A model generated the notes under the pieces. The model saw only the letters and a list, made by a program, of their open reading frames with translations. It made no database searches and had not been told where the DNA came from. From assembly GCF_018350175.1 (NCBI RefSeq), contig NC_058368.1:197780001-197844000 (forward strand): a stretch of 64,000 nt of DNA, read 5' to 3'. Of the stretch, positions 50,411-62,030 are shown piece by piece (within the stretch, counting starts at the first letter, position 1; every line of letters starts with the position of its first letter). The translations under genes were made by a program, and so were the position numbers. The DNA comes from Felis catus. Lineage: Eukaryota.

Positions 50411-50708
50411 CAAGGGTCAGCCAAGAGTACCGTGGGCCAACTCCAGCCATCGGCTTATTTCTGCACGACGCTTGAGCTAAGAATGGGGTTTACATTTGCA
50501 AAGGGTATAAAAACAAGCAAAAATCAACAACAAAAAACTAAGTAGACAGGGGAAAAAAAAAGGGAAAAGAAAAGGAGAAGAGGGATAAGCGACAGAGGCT
50601 GTTTGAGGAGGATGTGATGTCCCTGCCCAAGGAAGTCAGCCCCGTAATACTGAAATGACCTAAAATACTTACATCTAGCCCTGCATAGAAAAAGTTGACG
50701 ACTCCTGT
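50411..50708. mobile_element. MER58-like hAT-Charlie element
   Basis: gggtcagccaa...gtgggccaa...gagctaagaatggggtttacattt...cctaaaatacttac...agaaaaagttgacgactcctg. Confidence 0.7.
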
Positions 50709-52053
50709 TCTAGAATAAGGATGCCTGTGTTTGATTCCTTGTGGCCTCTTACTGGAGCATGATCTTGAGCAAATTAGTCAGCGTCTGTCTCTAATTTTCC
50801 TCACGTCAGGAGAGGATATAATAGTACTTACTGCACACGAGGCAAGGATTACACGTGTTAATATGAATCCTAAGCTGAGACTGGAGGCTGGTCCATGATA
50901 AACACTTCAGAAATGTTAGCCATTGCTATTGAAATCATTACTGTCACCACCAACTCTCCAAGAGATGTTTGCAGGTATCAAATGAGACAGCGTCTCTTAG
51001 AGACCTAGCACGGTGCCCTTCTCACAGTAGACCCTCGATAAAATGTCGGCTCACCTCGTTACTACCATCACCTTCACCGTTAGAATTTTCAAAGCTCTCT
51101 TACATACATCATCTCACCAGGAGCTCCCAACAACCCAGTGGTCGGTGTTACGATCCCCCCCCCAACAAATGAGACTAAAGCTCAGAGAAGGAAAAGGATG
51201 GACGCTGAGCCGGGAGGAGGCAGAATAAGGATCAGGTAGCTTTTTGCATCCTGGACCGGCCCTTCCTCTTTCCACGCCACATTCATTCTCCCTTGAAACA
51301 TCTGACGGTCTGTTGTTTGTTGATTTTCTCCAAATGATATACTTTGAATCCTGGGAGCCTGGCAAGACAGGCAAACAGGACTGTGTTCTTCCCTGGCGGG
51401 ACTGTGCAGACAGGAAGCTGGGATAATTGGATTCCAGCCATTTGATCTTAGGACTGTGTATGTAACCAGCCAACTGCCGATGACCAAGCCTAATGGAAAA
51501 AGCCCTGACCAAACGAACACAACCCCCCCCCACCCCCCGCAGGACCCCATTGTTGGTGCTGCAGAGAGTGAAATTCAGCAGCAGCAGCCAACACCCTCCT
51601 AACGGTTCCATCCAGGACAGAGATGGCTTCAGGATGTGCCAGACTTCAGTCTGCCGCGAGGGACCAGCGGTAATACCCTGCCGTGAGGAAGTGTGAGATG
51701 AGCCAGGACATTTTTTGACAACAGAGCTGGTGCGGTCAGATTGGAGCCGTATTTTATTTAGTTTTGGCCAGAGGCCAAAGCGCATTTGAGCAAAGTGCAC
51801 ACTCAAAGCGGGGTTTAAAGCAGGTTGTGAGGCTCCTAGCGGTACAGCGTTAGGGTGAGTTCGTAACTATAAAAATAGGTAACATTTCAAAGTTCGTTCA
51901 TGAGAAGAGTCTCTGTCATTTCCGACCAACTTTAGCTGTAAATCAGCCGTGGCTCAGATTCCCTTTAAGGCAGTAGATTCAAATAGACTCTTGTTGGACA
52001 GCGTGTAGAGTTGTGCTTCCTGATACTGTCTCTGCAAGAGTCATGAAAATGAC

Positions 52054-52279
52054 TTTTTAAAAAAAAATTTTTTAGTGACTACTTATTTTTGAGACAGAGA
52101 GAGACAGAGCGTGAGCGGGGAAGGGGCAGAGAGAGAGCGAGGGGACGCAGAATCCCAAGCAGGCTCCAGGCTCTGAGCTGTCAGCACAGAGCCCGATGCG
52201 GGGCGCGAACTCGCGAACCGCGAGGTCATGACCTGAGCCGAAGTCGGGCGCTTAACCGACTGAGCCATCCGGGCGCCCC
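52054..52279 (-). mobile_element. CAN-SINE
   Basis: gcaggctccaggctctgagctgtcagcacagagcccgatgcgggg...tgagccatccgggcgcccc; TSD-like atgaaa(a/g)tgact. Confidence 0.92.
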
Positions 52280-53031
52280 CATGAAAGTGACTCTTAAGAC
52301 GCTTCAGCATTGCCCCTGATACATAGGGCAGAGTAGCTGGAAGTACGTTTTGTAGAGAAGGAGTTGCCACACCAGCGAAAGCCAACGGTCTGCCTCTGAT
52401 TGTGGCAGTCAGCCTTGCTTTAGAAAGAGCTAGGTGACTTCCTCTGCACCTGTTGTCCAGGAGACCTAGAACTGTCAGTCTGAGGACGAGGACAGTATGA
52501 CCTCCCTGCCCGGGGAAGTCAGCCCTGGGGGTCGCTATGTTGAGCCAGATGCAGTCTTCCCTTATGAGTCTATGGCAATGATTTTAAGGTATTAACTCAA
52601 TATTTGTGGAGAAGAGCCTTTTAAGTAACAGAGTTCCTCTAAGGGTAACAGGAGTGGAGCTAATCAGAAAAGGCCAGGGTTCTTAGAATGTCACAGCAGG
52701 TTGTGGGAGCTATCCAGGTGTTGTAAAGCACCCTGAGTCGTTATTCCAGGATCCCAGCTCCCTACCGGGCCTCTTTACTCTGCCTGCCACCAAGCCTTGT
52801 CTTCTTGGCTTTGAGTGTCCTAACACCTACTGCCAGGCAGCTGGCTAACCACCAACCAATCCCTACCCCGTCACATCACCATCCAAATAGCAGCTCACAT
52901 TGTGTTCCTTCCTGGGTCTGTCCCAGGCTGCCAGGCTAATGCCCTGTCTGGACCCAACATGCTTGGGCTTAAGAAAGGTAAGACTGACCAATTAGCATAG
53001 TCTAGTGTGATCATCTAAAGTCTCCCACCCT

Positions 53032-53282
53032 GGGGGCACCTGGGTGACTCAGTCGGTTAAGCGTCTGACTTCGGCTCGGGTCATGATCTCACGGTCCGAG
53101 AGTTCGAGCCCCGCGTCGGGCTCTGTGCTGCCAGCTCAGAGCCCGGAGCCTCNNNNNNNNNNNNNNNNNNNNNNNNNNNNNNNNNNNNNNNNNNNNNNNN
53201 NNNNNNNNNNNNNNNNNNNNNNNNNNNNNNNNNNNNNNNNNNNNNNNNNNNNNNNNNNNNNNNNNNNNNNNNNNNNNNNNNN
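53032..53282 (+). mobile_element. CAN-SINE (3' part N-masked)
   Basis: gggggcacctgggtgactcagtcggttaagcgtctgacttcggctcggg... Confidence 0.88.
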
Positions 53283-53413
53283 CTGGGCAGAGGAAGGGGG
53301 TGTGTGACTTCTTCTTCCTTCACATCTTCACACAACCTCATGGGTCTGGGCAGAGGAAGGGGGTGTGTGACTTCTTCTTCCTTCACATCTTCACACAACC
53401 TCATGGGTCTGGG
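53283..53413. repeat. Perfect 63-bp tandem duplication
   Basis: 53283-53345 is identical to 53346-53408, followed by a further ctggg. Confidence 0.9.
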
Positions 53414-56133
53414 GTGAATAAAAAATAAAACGATGGATGTCAAAGGGCTTTGTAAGACCATGGTCTGCAATACAAATGTAAGGAACAATCTCTGTACATA
53501 AAAACACGGATTCAAGTGGACGTGGTTTTATGTGATCCCTCCATCTAGTGAAAATGGCAAACAGCAAGAGGTCACAGGAAGACCATACTGTTAATTCAGC
53601 AAGGTTGACGTGGACAGGGGCAGTCGATAAGGTCTTCAGTAAACAAATTCCAAAATTTCTGAAAATCTAAATTTTTATCTCACATTAAAAGTGCTTGTAA
53701 GAATTCTATTCTGAGATTTTTCACAAGGAAAGGTTTTGGTTTGGGGTTTGGGGTTTGGTTTTTTTGGTTTGCTTGTTTGTTTGTGTTTGGCCAGAATTGG
53801 CTCAATATGTTCAGATACGTCTATACACTTACCTACACGTTGCACTCTCGAAAGTTCACTCACTGGACTCATTAAGGGTTATATCCAAGAAAAGCAATGT
53901 TGTCGCTTGCACTTAAAAAAAGGAAAAGTTATGAATAAATGTGTAAGAGTAGTTAAAATTTAATTATTGAGGATATATAGATGTATATATACACAATATG
54001 TGTACACACACACCTCAAATATTAGTTATTTGCAATAGTTCACGGTTCTCTTGTCCTTTTGTGTAATCCCAGCCCTACACCAATATTTGGAAGCACAGCA
54101 TTGTGGCTGGAAGACCCCGAGTGAAGGAGGAGTATCAACTGCTCTTGCTTAAAATGCACCATGGCTTCCAGTGTGTGAGCCGCTGGGTTCTGATGGTCTG
54201 ATTTCCGGGAAAGCACGTCTGGCCAACAGCTACCCAGACACCTAAGTCTTCAGCTGATTGTTGATGGCCCAAGGAACGTTTCTGAGTTTCTTAAATTTTC
54301 ATGGCAGCATCTGCCTTATTGACACTGAAGAATTTCACAGAATATTCCATATATTCCGCCGGTAAACGTTTAGGGAGCTTTGTCAGTGCGAGATACCAAG
54401 GCACGTGATTGCACTAACGAAGGGCTAGAGAGAACCAGTTGAAGGAAGAAAAAGTTGGGAGTCCGAGTTACCATTTAATCACGTCGTTCGCTTAAAGTTT
54501 GCCTCGAGTAGCGCCGGCTAATGTTTAAGGCGCGCCATGCCGGGCGCAAGGAGCCCACAAGGGGCACGCGCCCCTTCAGTTACCACTCATCGTAATTTGC
54601 TCAGCGAGGTGCTTTGCTTAGTTCTATGTTACAGATGAGGGAATTGAGGCCTAGGGAGGTCTAAGGTTGAGATGCCACTAATTAGTGGAACCGAAATTAG
54701 AATTCTGGACGTTTGCCTCTCAACCAGCAGTGCCTGGTTAATAATGGTCAGTAAAATGCTGGACGGTGCTAGAGAAATGAGTTGTGGTTTCTCTCCCCAA
54801 AAGGCTTGCAATTTATCTAGAAACATTCCACTTAAATGCACGCACAGGTTGCACTTAATAATAAGCTACATCAAGGACTGTCAGAGGGCAGATTATATTG
54901 TCAAATAAATTACAGAAGCAGGAAGTGCGATGTTTTTTCACAAGAAGGAAAGGGATTGCCGTATTGAGATGGTCAGAGACACCTGTATGGAGGCAGTGGC
55001 CATATATACGCAACCGTATTGTCAAAGATTCTTCATCATAGACAATCACAGGAGATGAGCTAAAGAAGAGACAAGAGAGCCCAAGAGGGTATGTTCTGTG
55101 CTTTTTTTAAACTTATGGTGAATTATTTTAATCAGATTGCCCTTAAAAATCCTAATCGCAGGATCCTGGTTTCTGCTTGGCCTCCTGTCTCATTAGAAGT
55201 GGAATGTGATGTTTGCTAAGGGAAGATGTGGATAGAGTCGAGAGAGCCTTTTAGAGCCTAGAGCCCTGATGGGGATTAGATATTTGCATGGGGTTTCCCA
55301 GTACCCGGCGTTGGGATATCTCTGGGAACCAGGAGGGAGCCATGGATGGCTCTTCCTTCTTGGGATGGGACCCAGAGTTCAATTGCAAAAAGAACCTCAT
55401 TGCTTCCCTGGCCCAGAATCTGACTGAGGGGTGGGGACCCAGGCAACCCAGGATTTTGGAAGCAAGTGCTAATGAGTCAGAGGGCCTTGGGGTCAGTCAC
55501 GTTTGCCATCCTACGAACCAGATTGTCTTGGTCACAGTGCATCTAAGTGTCAGGCTCCTCGTCAGAAAATAGGGGTTGTACTGTCTGCCTCCCAAGGTTG
55601 TGGGGAATATCACACGGGGTCATTCACGTAAAGGGTGCAGGATGGGACCCGGCCCACGTAGGTGCTCAATAAATGGCAGCCAATGAGGAGGAGGAGGAAG
55701 GCGAGGAGGAGCATTTCTGCACATCCCTTAGCCACGGCACCATGAAAGGTAACTCAGAACACTTGGCTTTCAGTCTGTCTTAGCTGTTAACTAGTTGGGT
55801 ACCTTACCTGGGTAACTTACCTCTCTGTGCCCGTGTCCTTACTTTGGTAAACTGAGGAACTAACTTGCATAGTGACCCCCCCAGGCTGTCGTGAGACCCA
55901 CATGAGGTGCCAGCTGTAAAAGTGCCTTTTAGACAAACAGTGGGACATAACCAGCTTGTGCATTAATTATGCTCCCCTCTTTATCCTCCCCTAAGGGCAC
56001 TTCGAGGCTACTAGAATTCTCCTTGAGGCTAAGATCACCAACCAGTCCACTAACTTCTGTGTTTTCTTTTCTTCCTCTGCGACTGCTGCTTGGCTGTCCC
56101 TCATCTGTGGCCGTTTTCTGTTTCCACTAAAAG

Positions 56134-56194
56134 TGGCTGTTGCTCTGTCTCCAGCTTCCTCCTGCTCTCCTGCCATAGACCAGTTCCTGTCTAA
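56134..56194 (+). CDS. HTR4: HTR4 terminal exon g (with nested e and f acceptors): (S)GCCSVSSFLLLSCHRPVPV*
   Basis: CACTAAC branch site (56048-56054), pyrimidine tract, then aag|T GGC TGT TGC ... CCA GTT CCT GTC TAA. Matches the recalled human g tail SGCSPVSSFLLLFCNRPVPV. Confidence 0.92.
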
Positions 56195-57470
56195 CGTGCT
56201 CTGTAAGTCTGTCACTGTGTGTGTTGTGAGTCCGTCTCTGTGTCTCTCTGTTCACTTCCTCCTCCAAGATGGCCTTGGTCTCTGCTTATTTGTTCTGTCT
56301 TCCACTGAGCCCGGAGTTCTCCTGGACCTTGATTGCTATGGATCTGAAGGCCAAAGATAATATATGGGGAGTTTTATTTCATTTTATATCCTTTCATTTT
56401 TTAATTTTGGTTGGAGCTTCTTCCCCGTTCTGGGAGCACAGCCTTCCCAAGGCCGGCGGGAGAGGAACACCCGACAGAGCTGGGTTCAGCCCATGAAATC
56501 ACGGTCCTGGGAGGTTCTGTCATCCCAGGTCCACATTCATCCTGCATCCCCTTGGCTGCAAGTGGTGAACTCCTTCTTGATCTTTCCTAAACAAATGGTT
56601 GTTAAATCAGGATGAGAGGGCTTTTTGGTAGTACTTTATTAACATTTTATTTGGAAACACATTTATATCCATAGAATAGTCCAGAGCACTCCCATATACC
56701 TCTCACACAGCTTCCCCTAATGCTAGCGTTTTATATAACCGTAGAGCGTTCATCAGAGCCGGGAAATTAGCATCTTCCCAATACTCTCAACGGAACCACA
56801 GACTTTATTTGGATTCCCCCAGTATCAATTTTGAGCCACTTTATTCAAAGTTGTGATTTTGACTCTCCTTTATTACATTAGCCGACTACACTAATGGCCT
56901 AGAGAGACGATTGAAACGTTTTCCTCTGCACTAAATGGCCCCTGTGGGTTGTGCTGTGTTGACGTCTGTCGACTTTCTTATGTTTCTTTTTTCGTTGCAC
57001 ACATCCACTGTTTTGTCATGCAATCGGTCTGCCGCCGCTAACATAGCGAATCCCACCCCAGTCCCCCAAGCTCTGCTCTGCCCTCTATGGGAGAAGCCTT
57101 CTAGAGTTACATACAAACTGAGTTTAAATATTCTCTGAGTGAAAAACCAAGGAAGACTAAGAAAAGTCCACACATTTGTGATAACTATGCTGAGGATTCA
57201 GAAGCCCTTAAAAAGAACAAACAAACAAATAAAAGCTGCTCAGTCAGGTCTCTGGATAGTTAAGGTCCCCGGAGGCCAGGGATAAATGAAGCCTTGTTAG
57301 TAAAAGATTCACAGAAGCACACGGTAGTTTGCGCCCCTCTGGTAGTTCATTTTCTCCTGAGGCCTCAGGTTTTTCTGAATTAATGACTTAAAGGCAAAAG
57401 GTCATATCTCTTCAACCGGTCCTGTTTCTTTGTCCCTCTATGCACATTCTTTCGTTGGCTCCGTGAGATC

Positions 57471-57839
57471 TGTACTAGTCTGCTCAGGCTGCTGTAACAA
57501 AATAGCACAGATTGGGTGGCTTACGCAACACTCTTTCCTCATGGTTTTGGGGGGTGGAAAGTTCTAGATCAAGGTGCCTGCAGTTTCATTTCCCAGCGAG
57601 AATCCTCTTCCTGTCTTGCAGGCAGCTATTTTCTTAGGAGTCCTCCCATGGCAGAGAGAGGGTCGGGGGAGGGAGAGAGAGGGGGAGAGGGAAGGAGAGG
57701 AAGTGCTCTGGTCCCTGTCCCTCTTATGAGGGCACTAACCCCATCATGGTGGCCCCACTCTCGTGACCTCATCTAAACCTAATTATCTCCACCTCCAAAT
57801 GCTATCATGTTGGGGTTGGAACACATTTAGTCCATAACA
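57471..57839 (-). mobile_element. MaLR solo LTR (MLT1A/B-like)
   Basis: tgtactagtctgctcaggctgctgtaacaaaata..acagattgggtggctt...tctagatcaaggtg...cttatgagggcactaacccc...tttagtccataaca. Confidence 0.8.
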
Positions 57840-58087
57840 CCTTCTGTCCTCCACCAGCTGGAAAATACCCGTTTTCGTCTTCAGATTCCCAGCTCCTCTG
57901 CCAGGGGTGTTTCCATGGGAACGACCCCAGCCCACGTGGTGATTTTCATGCCAAGGGGGCTTTCTCCGTGTCCTTCCCATAGATTGAGAACCAGAACTAC
58001 CCACAGCAGGTCTGTGTCCAAATGGGGAGGGGATTCCCCCCTCTCCCAGAAGCTATGGCACTGAACATTAAAAAAAAAAAAAATGGA

Positions 58088-58317
58088 GGGGCACCTGGGT
58101 GGCTCAGTCGGTTGGGCGTCCAACTTCGGCTCAGGTCATGATCTCGCGGTCTGTGAGTTCGAGCCCCGCATCGGGCTCTGGGCTGACAGCTCAGAGCCTG
58201 GAGCCTGTTTCGGATTCTGTGTCTCCCTCTCTCTCTGACCCTCCCCTGCTCATGCTGTGTCTCTCTCTGTCTCAAAAATAAATAAATGTTAAAAAAAAAT
58301 TAAAAAAAAAAAAAAAA
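58088..58317 (+). mobile_element. CAN-SINE
   Basis: ggggcacctgggtggctcagtcggttgggcgtccaacttcggctcagg...A-tail. Confidence 0.93.
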
Positions 58318-60899
58318 GGAAAGCAGCATCACAAATGTGGTGCAACACACGGGGCCACCATGAGGATCAGGGACAGAATAGTTGCCGGCATGCTTTGTAA
58401 TCAATACAAATGCCAGGGAACGTTGGGGAGGACGGTCTCCTTCTATAGCCCATTCATTCCGTCTCATTTCTATAGATTTCATGATGTTCTGCCCGCTCCG
58501 TGAGGTGTTGTGAGGTATATAGCAAATATTAAAAAGGGCTCAGGATTCTAAGACGTGTGGATTTGAATCCTGGCTTTGTGCATTGTTGGCTGAGTGTCCT
58601 GTGGCCAATCTTAAGCTCCCTGAGTTTCAGTTTCCTCATCCGTGGAGTGGAGATATATAAAATAATAGCGCTGACATCGTAGTCATTGTAAGCATTAAAT
58701 ACAACAATATTTTAAACGCACTTAGTGCAGGGTCTGGTACAGAGGGCTGAAAGACTGTTGCTTCTTATAATAAGATATAGACCCTCCCTTTCACGAGTGT
58801 CAGGAGGCCAGACATATGTCCAATCAGACACCATCAGATAATTTGTATTCCTACAGACAATAAATGCTGGTGGATGGTGTAGAAAGCTTCCGGAAGGAAG
58901 GTTTTGGATATTCAACTGGGTCTTTAAGGGTGGGTAGGATTTGAATGTGGCAGAATATGGGAAGTGACTATAAACATGGAAGACAGGCAGCATGGACATT
59001 ACATCATTTAGAACACTTTGGCCTGCAAGGACATTCTAGAAGGCCTGACTAAAATCAACTTAAGCGAGCAGGTCATTTATCCTTTACAAGCTAGAAAGTC
59101 CAGAGTTGGGTAGTTTCAGGGTTGGTTAATCCATTGATTCGACAACAGCATACAGGATCCAGATGCTTTTTATCTTTCTACTCTACCATTCTCAACCCGA
59201 TAGCTTTCATTTTAGGATGATTTCCTCACAGTCACAAAATAGCTACAACAGCTCCAAACATTGCATCCTCCTCCCCAAACCATGACCATAACCAAATGCT
59301 AGAAGATAAGGCAGACTCTCCTTGTACTTGTCTTTCATTCAGGAGAGAAACATTTTTCAGCAGACTCCCCTAACAGACCATCAGGTCCTATCAACCAGGA
59401 GAAGATCACAGGCCACGCCCTTCACTGCAATGCATCTAGCGTTTTTGCCTCTACTAAGAGATGTGCTCTGTCAGAAAGAAAGAAGCACGTGCTTTAAAAT
59501 ATGGGATTCCGAGGGTCTACCACAGGCTGTAAATCCAGTCACGCCTCCTGAAGACAAATGAAGAGAGATCTGTTGGAAAGATACAGGGACACGTCACGGG
59601 TCTCCAGAGCAGGAAGTTGACCGGCCTTCGCTGGGGCTCAAACAAGGAATGGGATGCTTGCAGGGATTAGCACTCCTCTTTCCGTCTCTCCAAGGCCATC
59701 GTCTCCGGCCTGCCGTGCGCTGCACATCGACTTCATTCTTTTCTCTTCGCGGACCACCTTCCTCTGCTTCCGTGGGCCACACCTGCCTCCCCCAGGCAGT
59801 ACCCGTTGTCAGCTCAGGCAGTAAGAGCCTGACAGAGTCTTGCCGTCCCCAGTCACATCTTCCCTGGAGATGGGAGGGGAGCGCTCTAGCGTTGGCCTCC
59901 GCTCTGACCAGGGAGAGCCCGCTGCAGGGATGGGGATCATCCCCCAGGTTGTGGGAGACAGGGGCTGCTGCCACAGCTGGTCCTAGGGTGAGGAAGCGCA
60001 TTTAGGAGGTTGTGAGCCCCTGACGGTATGGGGTGGGGGGCCATGAGGGGGAAACACTCCCCGTTTGGGAACAGTTATAAATATGGACACCTGGGCCATA
60101 AATGTGGATTTTGATCCTGACTCCACTGATAACCAAGGGGAGGGAGGGCCTGAGGCCAAGGTCCCTTAGTCCCCTCTGATATCTGTTTTCAAGTGACAAA
60201 GATAAGCTAGTCCAGAGTGGAGCAACCAAAGGAGCCGGGGAGAGTAGAAACCCTGATCCGTGAGGAGTGTTGAGGAACCGGAGGGGTCTCTACCGGAGAA
60301 GAGAAGGCTCGGGTGGTTGGGGCGTCCTCATTAGCGGCATCGGTGCCTGCTTCGTTGCCCAGTCTAAACTCAGGCTCGCTAGGGACTCTTCTCAGTGGGT
60401 CCTCACGTGCAATCCATGGTGACGTCCTTCCCATCGCTCTTTGCAAGATCCTCTCTCTCCTTTCACTGCTACTGTCCTTGCCCATGACCTCGTCTTTCCC
60501 AGAGGAGAGGGCTTCCACACTGGTCTCCGTGGCTGATCATCTGTGCCATTTCCCACGGTGAAGCCCGTGTTCATTTCAGTCTCCGTCACCTAAGGATTCA
60601 GCCCAACCTCCTCAGCCCAGCTTTTAAGACCCCCAATAATGCTACCTCAACTTCCTCTTAAGCCTCGTTTCTTAGAACATCCGCCATTCCTCAAACAAAG
60701 CATACCACTCTGTCCTGCCTCCCCACCTTTTGCCTCACCCGTGCTGTGCCTCGGATGTCCCTGTCGCCCCCACGTCCCGTGCATCAGCGGATCCTGTCAG
60801 CTCTGCCTTCAAGATATATACTGAATCTGATTTCTCAACACCCCCGCCCCCTCCTGCAGCTCTGAGCCACCAACACCCCTGGACACCTTGAAAATCATC

Positions 60900-61263
60900 T
60901 GTGGCATATAAAATAACGGCTGTCCAAGGAGGACTACCTCTTCACCCCCAAATCCTGGGAATATATTACCTTGCGTGGCAGAAGGCACTCTGTAGATGTG
61001 ATTGAGTTCTGCATCTTGAGATGGGGAGATTATCCTGGATTGTCTGGTGGGCCCACTGTTCCCATAGGCAGCCTTCGCCAAGGCCAGGGATGGGATCCTC
61101 CTCTAGAGCCTCTAGAAAGAACGCAGCTCACCCCATACTTTGATGTTAGCCCAGCGAGACCCGTTTCGGGCTTCTGACCGCCAGAACCGTAAGATAATTA
61201 ATGTGTTCTTTTAAGTCAATGAGTTTGTGGTGATTTGTACAAAAGCACTAGGAAGCTAACATA
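60900..61263 (+). mobile_element. MaLR solo LTR (MLT1D-like) within L2 remnants
   Basis: tgtgg...taccttgcgtggcagaagg...gatgtgatt...cttgagatggggagattatcctggatt...gggccc...cttctgacc.ccagaaccgtaagataa...gtttgtggtgatttgt...aggaagctaacata. Confidence 0.8.
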
Positions 61264-61856
61264 CCTCCTAATTTACCTCTGGGTTCCCACTCCAAACTCA
61301 TTCCAGTCCATTCTATACACCACAGCTAGACTGTTCTTGCAAACATCAAGTCCTCCTGCACCCGCTCTGCTTACAGCCGCGGCCAGCTTCCTGCTGCTGT
61401 GGGCTGAGCACAGACGTCCACGGGCTGCGGAGCCTCCCCGAGTCTTCGTGCTCGTCTTGGACTGACGCTCAGCCTGTTCTACTCTTGTGGCGCCCACCTG
61501 CTCCCCTGGCAGTGGGCCTCCCCCCTCCCCTGCCGGCCTCCCCTTCCCCTTGCCCGTTTAACCCCTACCCACCCTTCAGTCCTCGTCTCCACTGTTTCCT
61601 GGGCCACGCTACCCTGACGTACAACCTCGCCTGTCACCCCGTGACATGCTCTCATAGCAAGCCCAAATACCTCCCACTGCAACACCTCCTTGTGGCTGTG
61701 ACTTTGCAGCCACCTGTGGGGCTCCTGCACCTCACTGTGAGCTCCGGGAGGACAGGGACTGTGCAGATGTCCTCACCGCCCTCGTGTCTCCAGGGCCTGG
61801 TACGGCTCCTGGGCTGTGGTGGACGTTCAGCGTATGTCCTTAAATCAATAAGTGGC

Positions 61857-62030
61857 GGGGGTGCCTGGGCGGCTCAGTCGATTGAGCATCTGACTTCGGC
61901 TCAGGTCACGAAATCATGGTTCGTGAGTTCGAGTTCCGCTTCAGGTGAGCTCGAGCCCTGCTTCGGGTGAGTCCTGCTTCTGTCTCTCTCTCTCTCTCTC
62001 AAAATAAATTAAAAAAATAAGTAAGTAGAT
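61857..62030 (+). mobile_element. CAN-SINE
   Basis: ggggtgcctgggcggctcagtcgattgagcatctgacttcggctcaggtcacg...(CT)n A-tail. Confidence 0.88.

Noticed and set aside
51114-51806. 230-aa minus-strand ORF
   Set aside because: No family resemblance, non-ATG start and no splice or promoter context. Most likely a chance ORF.
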